From: an uncultured Candidatus Saccharibacteria bacterium
GTDB lineage: Bacteria > Patescibacteriota > Minisyncoccia > Phycocordibacterales > SBAW01
Direction: 5' to 3'
Assembly (NCBI GenBank): GCA_964357485.1
Contig: CAYHLQ010000002.1
Location: forward strand, 1 to 34,780
DNA length: 34,780 nucleotides
Below, one piece after another: positions 1 through 9,743 of this stretch (the stretch's first letter is position 1; the number at the start of each line of letters is the position of its first letter). Under the pieces are notes generated by a model. The model searched no databases and was not told the DNA's origin. It was given only the letters and a program-made list of their open reading frames with translations. The translations under genes and the position numbers were made by a program.

Positions 1-61
1 ACTTGCACCTTCGACCTTGGCTTTATGAATGCCATGCTCTAACTACCTGAGCTACACCGAC
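1..61 (-). tRNA. tRNA with CAT anticodon (Met or Ile2), 3' part cut off by window edge
   Basis: Reverse complement reads GTCGGTG-TA-GCTC-(AGGTAGTTA)-GAGC-A-TGGCA-TTCATAA-AGCCA-AGGTC-GAAGG-TGCAAGT. The D arm, the anticodon arm with a CAT loop, and the start of the T arm are visible. The acceptor 3' strand lies outside the window. Confidence 0.7.
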
Positions 62-96
62 GTAACCCGTAAAATAACACTTTTTAACTTGTTGGG

Positions 97-831
97 CTAG
101 TTGTGCCCGTGATGAGCCTTGAGCTTGAGGTACACGTGCGCAAAGGCCAAGAGCGATATCGGGATGGTTACCAAAAGGCCGACCACCAAGGCCAAGAGGC
201 CTAGGATGTTGAGTCCGACAATGGCGAGTGCAAAGAGTGCCAAGCGCGGCTTGGCGTTATGGGTAAGCTTGGTGCTCTTGGAGAGGCTCTTCAAGATGTC
301 GCTATCCTCGAGCACCGCTAGGCGGGCCATCGAGTAGCGGATAGCAAAGTAGATAGCAAACGCAGCGGCTACCGCCATAATGACTAACGCTATAGCAAAG
401 GCCCACTCGTGCCCGGCGACGGGCGCTCCCTCGGAGAAGTTAATAGAGCCTGTGGACGCCAGAAGCGCCAAGGAAGCAAGGCCTCCGGCCATAAGCGGCA
501 GGAATGAGATGAGCCCGGTCAGGAGACTGGTACAAAAATACTTCCATACCAACTTCCAGGGTGGAACGATGTCGGCATACTTTGTGTGCTCGCCCTTAGC
601 GAGCTTGAGGAATATGAGGGTCATTCCTGCACCCACAACAATGCCCACGAGCGCCAGTACAATAGAGGCGACCGCGCCTATGGCCGTATCCTGCAGGCTC
701 TTCTCTACCAGAGACGAAGCAACCTGGAGCGCAAACATGGTAAGTACGACACCAAAGACCAGCTGCGAGTGCGCCTTGAGCTTGTGCCAGCCGAACACGA
801 TAGCCTCCTTAATCGAGAATGAGTGCGTCAT
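97..831 (-). CDS. polytopic membrane protein, unknown function
   Basis: ORF 97..897. The product has multiple hydrophobic helices. Start is placed at the internal ATG (MTHSFSIKEAIVFGW...) because the longer ORF would overlap the upstream small gene ending at 857. Confidence 0.55.
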   Translation of the reverse strand: MTHSFSIKEAIVFGWHKLKAHSQLVFGVVLTMFALQVASSLVEKSLQDTAIGAVASIVLALVGIVVGAGMTLIFLKLAKGEHTKYADIVPPWKLVWKYFCTSLLTGLISFLPLMAGGLASLALLASTGSINFSEGAPVAGHEWAFAIALVIMAVAAAFAIYFAIRYSMARLAVLEDSDILKSLSKSTKLTHNAKPRLALFALAIVGLNILGLLALVVGLLVTIPISLLAFAHVYLKLKAHHGHN

Positions 832-856
832 AAATTTATATATCGTACTTAATAAT

Positions 857-1048
857 CTAGCGTTTAGAGTGTTGTCGTAAAATCTCTCCCAAAGCACTTC
901 CGATTCCTGTGGATAGTGCTACAAGGAAGTAGATGTGGAGAGTTACAGGTTCGTTAAAATCTCCGAATATCTGGATAAGAATCCAGAACAAGATAGGAGC
1001 GCAAACGGCTGTAATGATTGCATTTTTAAATATCTGTGTCCAGTTCAT
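857..1048 (-). CDS. small two-helix membrane protein, hypothetical
   Basis: 63-aa ORF with two hydrophobic segments, co-directional with and adjacent to the next membrane gene. No recognisable motif. Confidence 0.4.
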   Translation of the reverse strand: MNWTQIFKNAIITAVCAPILFWILIQIFGDFNEPVTLHIYFLVALSTGIGSALGEILRQHSKR

Positions 1049-1197
1049 ACGTAAACTGTATCATATCAAGCAGGAATCGGCTTCCGGTCGGATTTGCCCG
1101 TCGGCAAATCCGCCTGCAGCCCCGGCGCGCGGTTTTGCCAGTGCAAAACATCGCTGCACCGTGCAATTCCTGACAGGACGTGCTCAAGCACGTCCCT

Positions 1198-1258
1198 CCC
1201 CCGCAACCACGAAAAAATCCCGCTTACGCGGGACTTTTTCATATCGTGGTTGCGGGGG
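1198..1258. repeat. 14-nt inverted repeat (CCCCCGCAACCACG / CGTGGTTGCGGGGG) whose right arm is the 3' acceptor end of tRNA-fMet; arms enclose a terminator hairpin
   Basis: Arms at 1198-1211 and 1245-1258 are exact reverse complements. 1161-1172 (GTGCAATTCCTG) additionally copies the tRNA T-loop in inverted orientation. Confidence 0.8.
1212..1239. terminator. bidirectional intrinsic terminator
   Basis: AAAAAA-TCCCGC-TTAC-GCGGGA-CTTTTT: a GC stem flanked by an A-run and a T-run, immediately 3' of the minus-strand tRNA. Confidence 0.6.
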
Positions 1259-1321
1259 CAGGAATTGCACCTGCGACCTTCAGGTTATGAGCCTGACGAG
1301 CTACTACTGCTCCACCCCGCT
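1247..1321 (-). tRNA. initiator-like tRNA-fMet (anticodon CAT), CCA encoded
   Basis: Reverse complement is A-GCGGGG-TG-GAGC-AGTAGTA-GCTC-G-TCAGG-CTCATAA-CCTGA-AGGTC-GCAGG-TGCAATT-CCTGC-CCCCGCA-A-CCA. It is near-colinear with E. coli tRNA-fMet as I recall it, with an unpaired 1:72 position. Confidence 0.9.
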
Positions 1322-1357
1322 ATATTAGCGCAAGAAGCCGCTATTGACCCTAGTATA

Positions 1358-1954
1358 TCAAATTGCGCCGAATTCCTCAAATACGCGGCGGTACTGGTCT
1401 ATAGTGGTGCGCGTGTCGCGCTCGGTCAGGTTGTATGCCTCGCCACCATGCGCTACCTGGTTGCGTACTTTGTGTGCCGCCCACGCCAAGTCGAGCGTCG
1501 TCATCTGGAATGGGTTTGCCATCTTAAGCTGCTCACCCACAGAGGAACCCTCGTACCCCGCCTCTGCCAGTACCGCCGAGAGCATGATGTCGGCCTCGAG
1601 TATGGCGCGGCGCCAGTCGCTTGGGCTACCCGACGATGCAAGCTCCATGACCCTTCTCCAGCGCTCCTGTTGCGGCGGGGGCGCATGTGTCTCTTCTTCA
1701 TGCACCTGATGCACCTCTTTGCCATGAAAACCCTCGTGCTCTACGGTAATAAGACGTATCTGCGTGTACACGATGAGTATCACCAAGAGCAGGGTGAGTA
1801 CCATGCCCCATACGGCAATCTGCGTCGTTAAAAACGCAACCCACGACGGCAGGGTGTGCCACCAGTCACCCACATGAAAGCCCCCAAACACGTCAAAGAC
1901 GCGGGTAAGCAAATACTCGAGATTAATAAAATTAAACCCGCTTTCCTCCATCAC
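1358..1954 (-). CDS. hypothetical membrane-anchored protein
   Basis: 198-aa ORF with one or two N-terminal TM helices and a soluble C-terminal domain. It sits 3 nt from the gatA stop. No family recognised. Confidence 0.6.
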   Translation of the reverse strand: MMEESGFNFINLEYLLTRVFDVFGGFHVGDWWHTLPSWVAFLTTQIAVWGMVLTLLLVILIVYTQIRLITVEHEGFHGKEVHQVHEEETHAPPPQQERWRRVMELASSGSPSDWRRAILEADIMLSAVLAEAGYEGSSVGEQLKMANPFQMTTLDLAWAAHKVRNQVAHGGEAYNLTERDTRTTIDQYRRVFEEFGAI

Positions 1955-1957
1955 CCA

Positions 1958-3364
1958 TCATTGTATCTCCTTTCCGAGCATTAGGATTCCTTCCTCATCC
2001 CCATGCGCGCCTGTAAGTTGGAACCCGACGGGCAGCTGCATGCCCTCGCGCTCTACCGTACCCATGGGCACGGACAGTGCCGGGTTGCCGGTAATATTTG
2101 CAGTCACGGTAAATATATCGAGCAGGTACATAGACAGCGGATCCTGCTTCTCCCCTATCTTTATTGCCGGCAAGGGCGCCGTGGGTGTCGCAATAGCGTC
2201 AACACCACCGAGAGCATCTGTATATGCTTTCGTTAAAATATCGCGCGCGGCAAGCGCGCGGCCATAGTAGGCGTCGTAGTAGCCAGAGGAGAGCACATAG
2301 GTACCGAGCATAATGCGCCGGCGGGTCTCCTGGCCAAAGCCCTCGCCGCGGCTCTTTGAGTAATCCTCAAGCAAATTATCACCCTTAAGTGCCAGCCCGT
2401 AGCGCACGCCATCCAGACGCGCGAGGTTTGCCGACACCTCGGCCGGCATAATGACGTAGTAAGCCGCCAAAGCGAGTGAGGGCGACGGCAGCTCGATGTC
2501 CACCAGCTCGTAGCCTTTCGCCTTCAGCTTCTCGAGTGATGCCTCAAACGCGGTAAGCACATCGGCATCAATACCCTCTTTAAGCAAAGCGCGTGGGACG
2601 CCTATCTTTTTTGTCTTGGTGCGCGCCGGGTACAGATTCTCCGGTATCGAGGTGCTGTCCAACTCATCCTGACCCTGTATGCACTCATACATAAGCTGTG
2701 CGTCCTCGACCGTCTTGGCCAGCGGCCCTGCCTGGTCCAGAGACGAGCCCATCGCAATAAGCCCGAAGCGCGACACGCGCCCGTAGGTAGTCTTAAGCCC
2801 CACCAACCCGCAGAAGCTTGCCGGCTCGCGAATTGAGCCGCCAGTGTCGGTGCCAAGTGCGCCCAGGCACATGCCGGCGGCAACTGCCGCGGCCGAGCCG
2901 CCTGAGGAGCCGCCAGGTACGCGGCTTGGGTCAATAGGATTTTTAGTCGGGCCAAAGGCCGAGTTCTCGGTCGAGGAGCCCATGGCAAACTCGTCCATGT
3001 TGGCACGGCCCACAAACACCGCGCCAGCAGCCTTTAGTTTTTTTATAATAGTCGCATCGTACGTCGCAACGTAGTACTCGAGCATCTTCGAGGCTGCCGA
3101 GGCAACGCGACCCTCAATTAAAATATTGTCCTTGATAGCCAGCGGGATGCCGAGCAATGGATGACTCTCCCCAGCCGCGCGGCGTGCATCCGCAGCCTCT
3201 GCCTGTGCCACAACATCGTCAAACACCTCAAGGTACACGTTAAGGTCAGTGTTGCGTGCCTCGATGTTTGCCAGGCAGGCACGCGCCAAATCAACCGCAG
3301 TTATTTCTCCTGCCTGGAGCTTTTCAGATGCTTCGACTATTGTGAGTTTTGTTAAATCTTCCAT
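1958..3364 (-). CDS. gatA: Asp/Glu-tRNA amidotransferase subunit A
   Basis: Amidase signature GGSSGGSAAAVAAG, plus KDNI and DTGGSIR motifs, directly downstream of gatC. The ORF extends to a TTG at 3379; the ATG at 3364 (MEDLTKL) is preferred. Confidence 0.93.
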   Translation of the reverse strand: MEDLTKLTIVEASEKLQAGEITAVDLARACLANIEARNTDLNVYLEVFDDVVAQAEAADARRAAGESHPLLGIPLAIKDNILIEGRVASAASKMLEYYVATYDATIIKKLKAAGAVFVGRANMDEFAMGSSTENSAFGPTKNPIDPSRVPGGSSGGSAAAVAAGMCLGALGTDTGGSIREPASFCGLVGLKTTYGRVSRFGLIAMGSSLDQAGPLAKTVEDAQLMYECIQGQDELDSTSIPENLYPARTKTKKIGVPRALLKEGIDADVLTAFEASLEKLKAKGYELVDIELPSPSLALAAYYVIMPAEVSANLARLDGVRYGLALKGDNLLEDYSKSRGEGFGQETRRRIMLGTYVLSSGYYDAYYGRALAARDILTKAYTDALGGVDAIATPTAPLPAIKIGEKQDPLSMYLLDIFTVTANITGNPALSVPMGTVEREGMQLPVGFQLTGAHGDEEGILMLGKEIQ

Positions 3365-3403
3365 GACTTTACACATCAAGCCACTACGACATATCGTAGT
3401 GGC

Positions 3404-3703
3404 TCATTCATCCTTCTGGATTATCCGACGCACCACGTTGTAGCCGCCTTCGCTCTTAGGGAATGCCTCTATAAGCGCCTGTTCTTTGCCTGCGAGCGTA
3501 TCACTGTCGCGCGGCGTGTCCTCGCGCATCACGTTGTGCCATGGGCCCGCGTCCTCTTTCTTGTCAGGCATCGGCACACTTGAGACCTGCCCGACATAGT
3601 CAAGAATAGAGGAGATATCCTTCTGCAGGCCTTCTTCCTCCTGGGGAGATATTTTAAGCCGTGCCAAGCGGGCCAAGTTGCGTATCTCCTCCAGCGATAT
3701 CAT
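3404..3703 (-). CDS. gatC: Asp/Glu-tRNA amidotransferase subunit C
   Basis: 99 aa. N-terminus MISLEEIRNLARLARLKISPQEEEGLQKDISSILDYV is typical of GatC, and the gene sits upstream of gatA. Confidence 0.88.
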   Translation of the reverse strand: MISLEEIRNLARLARLKISPQEEEGLQKDISSILDYVGQVSSVPMPDKKEDAGPWHNVMREDTPRDSDTLAGKEQALIEAFPKSEGGYNVVRRIIQKDE

Positions 3704-3742
3704 GTAGTCATCCTATCAGATAGATACTTTTCTTCCAGCCTA

Positions 3743-3765
3743 CTGTGAATGGGCACCATTCACAG
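3743..3765. repeat. perfect palindrome CTGTGAATGG-GCA-CCATTCACAG abutting the ligA stop codon; second copy at 13643-13663
   Basis: 10-bp stem and 3-nt loop. The 21-nt core TGTGAATGGGCACCATTCACA is identical at both loci, each starting right after a minus-strand stop codon. Confidence 0.85.
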
Positions 3766-5865
<2,100 letters not shown>

Positions 5866-5879
5866 CTAAACCTCGGCGG

Positions 5880-6413
5880 CTAATAACTGACTCTTAGGGT
5901 ACGCTCAAGCCGGGCGGCACCAGAGGTGCCGCAGTTGTTGTAACCATTTGAAATAATGGTGGTGTAGGACGTGCCGCTTATTGTCGCCTTGCCCACCTCG
6001 ACCTTGGCGCAGTACGGCTGGGCCGGGAGCATAGTGATAGTAAAGCTGGTAGTGGCCGCGCTTGCCGTGGAAACTATTGCCCAGTCAGTCCAGCCGGTCG
6101 GTACCGCCGCAATAGGCGTGGGCGGCGTGCCGCTGACCCGTATGTTCTGCCCGTTGCAATTGGCTGTGCCCGAAAATGCAGTCGAGGCGCTAGAGGTAGC
6201 AAATATGCTCGGCGAGCCCCCGAGCATAGGGGCCTTGGAGTCCCAGTACAGCGCGCACTCTGCACCCGTGTCCGCCGCATAGATTGCGTACTGCGACTGG
6301 CTCGCTGCGGCCGAGAGGTCTATCTCGCGCACCGTCAGGTCGTATATCGCCAGGCCGATAGAGAGCGTTAGCGCACCCACCAGCATCGCAAAAAATATTG
6401 TAAATCCTTTCAT
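5880..6413 (-). CDS. pilin-like protein with short leader (MKG/FTIFFAMLV), lacks Glu5
   Basis: The N-terminal hydrophobic helix is preceded by a KG cleavage-like site. It is the last gene of the minor-pilin run. Position +5 is Phe rather than Glu. Confidence 0.6.
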   Translation of the reverse strand: MKGFTIFFAMLVGALTLSIGLAIYDLTVREIDLSAAASQSQYAIYAADTGAECALYWDSKAPMLGGSPSIFATSSASTAFSGTANCNGQNIRVSGTPPTPIAAVPTGWTDWAIVSTASAATTSFTITMLPAQPYCAKVEVGKATISGTSYTTIISNGYNNCGTSGAARLERTLRVSY

Positions 6414-6425
6414 ACTAATATTATA

Positions 6426-6983
6426 TTACTGCCAGTCCATGAAATTGCTCGACACTGAAATAGAGCGTGTAACGCCCGACTGCGCACGCCACGACACTGA
6501 CACCGTGAGCACCTCTTCAGTCACCTCGCCCGTTGAGGGTGTCGAGAGTAGTATGGTACGCCGGAACTGCTGAGGGGTGACTGTGCCTGCGGTATAGCTA
6601 AAGTAGGTACTGCCCCCTGATGTATGCTTGTTTATAAGAGGACACCCGCTGGCCGAACACACTGTAATAGTTGGCGGCTGGGCTGTAGTGTCAATGTAGC
6701 AGCCGGTTGCAGTTGTGCAGTTATCCAGGCCGGTAAGCCACGAGGCCGTGGCTAGCTTGTTGCTATCGCGCACATAATGCACATACTCCACTGCTTCCTG
6801 CGCGAGGTAAAACGCTATCATCTGGTCGCGGGCAATGAGTGCCGCCGAGAGCCCCTTGGAGGCCAGGGTCAGCGGCCCTGTAATAGAGAGCGTGAGCAGG
6901 AGTACCGCGACAAGGGTCTCGATAAGGGTGAACCCGCGTAGCGCGCTTTTGAGATTTGAGATTTGAGATTTGAGATTTCGCAT
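6426..6983 (-). CDS. type IV minor pilin / pseudopilin (prepilin-type N-terminal methylation domain)
   Basis: The leader MRNLKSQISNLKSALRG is followed by FTLIETLVAVLLL. The ORF is open to 7112, but that would overlap the upstream gene and give an atypically long leader. Confidence 0.7.
   Translation of the reverse strand: MRNLKSQISNLKSALRGFTLIETLVAVLLLTLSITGPLTLASKGLSAALIARDQMIAFYLAQEAVEYVHYVRDSNKLATASWLTGLDNCTTATGCYIDTTAQPPTITVCSASGCPLINKHTSGGSTYFSYTAGTVTPQQFRRTILLSTPSTGEVTEEVLTVSVSWRAQSGVTRSISVSSNFMDWQ
6948..6978. repeat. tandem heptanucleotide repeat (TTTGAGA)x4 plus TTT inside the minor-pilin leader codons
   Basis: Direct reading of 6948-6978. On the coding strand it is (AAATCTC)x4 beginning 5 nt after the ATG at 6983. 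Confidence 0.95.
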
Positions 6984-7068
6984 AGCGTTATCGTCAAACG
7001 AAGCGAGAGAAGAGAAAGGTTTCCTTTCTTTTCCGAGCGAGAGCCGACGATATAAATATTTTATATTT

Positions 7069-7638
7069 CTATTGGTCATAAAGGCGCTGGGTAACGCTCG
7101 TCTGCAGGTCAAAGGTCGAGTTCTGCGAGCCGCTCACCGGCACCCGCCCCGACAGCAGTATGAGCACGTACGGCTGGATAGCCGCGCTCTCTGCGCCTTT
7201 GACATAAAACTGCAAGTTGGTGATGGTGACCTCGGCGGCCGTAAGCGGAGCAAAAGCAGCACCCCCCTTGGAAACTAGCACCGCGGTGCCGGACGAGCTA
7301 CATGTACTGCCATTGCCGCGGCAATACCTGATAGTCTGACCGTCAGCCGAGAGAAACGCCATAGAGGTCGCTGGAGTTACCGCACAATCGCGCACAGCAG
7401 TGACAGTCCCCTGGCCGATGTCGCAGTGGTAATTGACGCCGGTGCGCATCGCTCTAGACATCGCATCAAGCGTAAAGTTGAGATTGTTGACGACAGACTT
7501 GAGGGTCTGGGCCTTGCGGTCGCTCTCCGACATGGAAAGGAGCGCACCCAGCGATATCACCATAACGGTGGCAAATATAGCCACCGACACGAGTATCTCG
7601 ATGAGAGTAAATCCTTTTTGTGTGGGGGTTGTACACAT
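7069..7638 (-). CDS. type IV minor pilin / pseudopilin
   Basis: MCTTPTQKG/FTLIEILVSVAIF is a prepilin cleavage/methylation motif. Confidence 0.75.
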   Translation of the reverse strand: MCTTPTQKGFTLIEILVSVAIFATVMVISLGALLSMSESDRKAQTLKSVVNNLNFTLDAMSRAMRTGVNYHCDIGQGTVTAVRDCAVTPATSMAFLSADGQTIRYCRGNGSTCSSSGTAVLVSKGGAAFAPLTAAEVTITNLQFYVKGAESAAIQPYVLILLSGRVPVSGSQNSTFDLQTSVTQRLYDQ

Positions 7639-7640
7639 AC

Positions 7641-8405
7641 TTAGCAGGCGGCTACTCCGGCGGAGTCAATATTGGGTTTACACACGGAGATCTGCCCCGT
7701 GGCGCTGATCTTGATGGTGCGGTAGTCAGTGCTGTTAAACGGCTTTATCTGCACATAGGCGTAGTCATAGACGGCAGGCGTCGTTGCTGTGATACATGCT
7801 GTTGGGCTTACACTTGTAGAAAAACAAGCGTCGGGGTTAGGCCGGCGGAAATAGATCGTGAGCGAAGCAATTGGGGTAGCTGTACCAGTGCTGCATTGGT
7901 CACCCGAGACAATGGAGTGCGCGCAGAAATTCTTGATGAGATAGTCGGTGCCGCGGCCGTTGCCTATGGTATAGCGCGGCAGCTCCTCGCCGGATAAGTA
8001 TTGGCCGTTGCCGTTGGCGTCGGCAAACAAGAGATAGTGGCTGGAGTCTACAAGACCCGTGTTGCCGAAGTGGGCCCCGTAGCCTTGCGCAAACACGCCT
8101 GTACCTGCGGCGCTCTCGCGGACGGAGACCCCGTACACTTGCGCCTGGCGTATTGAGAGCGCTATGCCGTACGAGAGGCTGCGCAGAAGTGTCGCGCTGT
8201 TAAACCCCTGCTGGCGAAAGAGCACAAACCCGGTTATGAGCACTATTATCAGCGATACCACCAAGAGCTCGATGAGCGTAAAGCCCCTGCTCTGCACGAG
8301 GCTTCGCAGGGCACGCCCGCGCGACAAAGACAGGCGTTTAAAAGAGAAGCGCAAGATTCGGGAAAAGGTCAGCATGAAGGAAATATGCAACCGCACACCC
8401 GGCAA
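7641..8405 (-). CDS. type IV minor pilin / pseudopilin (start uncertain)
   Basis: ...VQSRG/FTLIELLVVSLIIVL motif. The leader is long and basic. The 5' end overlaps the pilD 3' end whichever start is used. Confidence 0.7.
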   Translation of the reverse strand: MPGVRLHISFMLTFSRILRFSFKRLSLSRGRALRSLVQSRGFTLIELLVVSLIIVLITGFVLFRQQGFNSATLLRSLSYGIALSIRQAQVYGVSVRESAAGTGVFAQGYGAHFGNTGLVDSSHYLLFADANGNGQYLSGEELPRYTIGNGRGTDYLIKNFCAHSIVSGDQCSTGTATPIASLTIYFRRPNPDACFSTSVSPTACITATTPAVYDYAYVQIKPFNSTDYRTIKISATGQISVCKPNIDSAGVAAC

Positions 8406-9108
8406 TCAGGAAGGGTGCGAAGGGCACTTCGCTTCTCATTGTATATCTATTTTTTGCCATCAGGAGGAGCACCACTCCCACCACGGCCCCGGCCCAGAAC
8501 GCCAGCAGGAATGCCGTAAGTCCCAGGGTTATGCCCAGGAGCCAACCCAGCGAAAGCTCGAGTATGCCGTCGCCCCAGCCCATCCAAGCCCCCCGCGAGA
8601 CCAGCGATATCAACAGGAGCGGTGCGGCAAGCGCTGGGCCTGACCACCAGCTGCCTATAGCTCCGCCCGGCTGGCCACCTGCAGCAAGTGCTATACCCAG
8701 GAGGGCAAGTGCCATAAGAGCGAGAGAGGCTGACCACGGAATGACAAAGTGGCGCAGATCGTATACAACTATAAACAAGAGCACTAGCCATACGGCAAGC
8801 CAGTAGGCAAACCATACCGTGGGTCCCGTTTGCAGGAATATTAAAACAGCCAAGAGCCCGGCTACCGCCTCGACGGCCGGATACTGCCAGGAAATGCGGG
8901 TATGGCAATAGCGGCAGCGCCCGCGCAGGAATATAAAAGAGAGCACCGGAACCAGGTCGGCTGCCCCAAGTGCGTGGCCGCAGCGCATGCAGGCCGAGCG
9001 GCCATGCAGTACTGACTTGCCGGTGTTGAAGCGGAAGAGCAGCGCATTAAGAAAGCTCCCGAGTATGACGCCGATGCCTGCGGCAAAAATTAGTACAAGC
9101 AGCGCCAT
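8338..9108 (-). CDS. pilD: prepilin peptidase / N-methyltransferase
   Basis: Cys pairs CMRCGH...CRYCH, multiple TM helices and a GWGDG aspartyl-protease motif. The start is taken at the ATG overlapping the pilin TAA (TAATG) at 9108. The upstream ORF extension to 9213 lies inside the pilin gene. Confidence 0.88.
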   Translation of the reverse strand: MALLVLIFAAGIGVILGSFLNALLFRFNTGKSVLHGRSACMRCGHALGAADLVPVLSFIFLRGRCRYCHTRISWQYPAVEAVAGLLAVLIFLQTGPTVWFAYWLAVWLVLLFIVVYDLRHFVIPWSASLALMALALLGIALAAGGQPGGAIGSWWSGPALAAPLLLISLVSRGAWMGWGDGILELSLGWLLGITLGLTAFLLAFWAGAVVGVVLLLMAKNRYTMRSEVPFAPFLIAGCAVAYFLHADLFPNLALLF

Positions 9109-9713
9109 TAAGGTGCAACATCGTAGCACGCATCTGGATTGGCGGCAGTCGCTCCAGTACAAGCCGCAGCATTGCCGTTGAACGCCGCTGCGCCCGAGAC
9201 ACCTACTGTGCACTTGGCAAAGTTGGTATAAACATATGTGCCGCCATTGTCGGCATCCACATCTGTCGAGAGCCCACCACTACCGGTAGTGTCCTCCATC
9301 ACGGCACCTAGATGGTAGGTTGCAGGTGGAAACGAAGTACCATTACAGTTGGCGCTAGCGCCTGTGGTACCCGGCGTGTATGCGACGTATTTGTAACAAC
9401 CGACAGCACCACTATTAGTGCACGCAGTGGTGTTATTAGGATCAGTCGGCACCACCGGCAAGTAGGTAGGCGCCAGACCGCCGTCGGGCGCCGTGCCTGC
9501 GGCAGCATAAATGTTCTCAGGGTACATACTGTTGTCGCTATAGTAGAGCGACAGCGCAAGCTGGATGTTCTTTATATCGGCCTGACGCTTAGCATCGCGC
9601 GACTTGGCCCTAGCACCCGAGAGGGAGACCATGACAATGCTCGCCAAAAGCCCGATGATGGCTATAACGACCAGGAGTTCGATAAGACTGAATCCTTTAG
9701 CAGTGCTACGCAT
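9108..9713 (-). CDS. type IV pilin (second pilin, Cys-rich C-terminal domain)
   Basis: MRSTAKG/FSLIELLVVIAIIGLLASI followed by ...SGARAKSRDAKR, a canonical pilin N-terminus. Confidence 0.85.
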   Translation of the reverse strand: MRSTAKGFSLIELLVVIAIIGLLASIVMVSLSGARAKSRDAKRQADIKNIQLALSLYYSDNSMYPENIYAAAGTAPDGGLAPTYLPVVPTDPNNTTACTNSGAVGCYKYVAYTPGTTGASANCNGTSFPPATYHLGAVMEDTTGSGGLSTDVDADNGGTYVYTNFAKCTVGVSGAAAFNGNAAACTGATAANPDACYDVAP

Positions 9714-9743
9714 ACCTAGCTAGTATACCGTGAGTTTTTGAGG

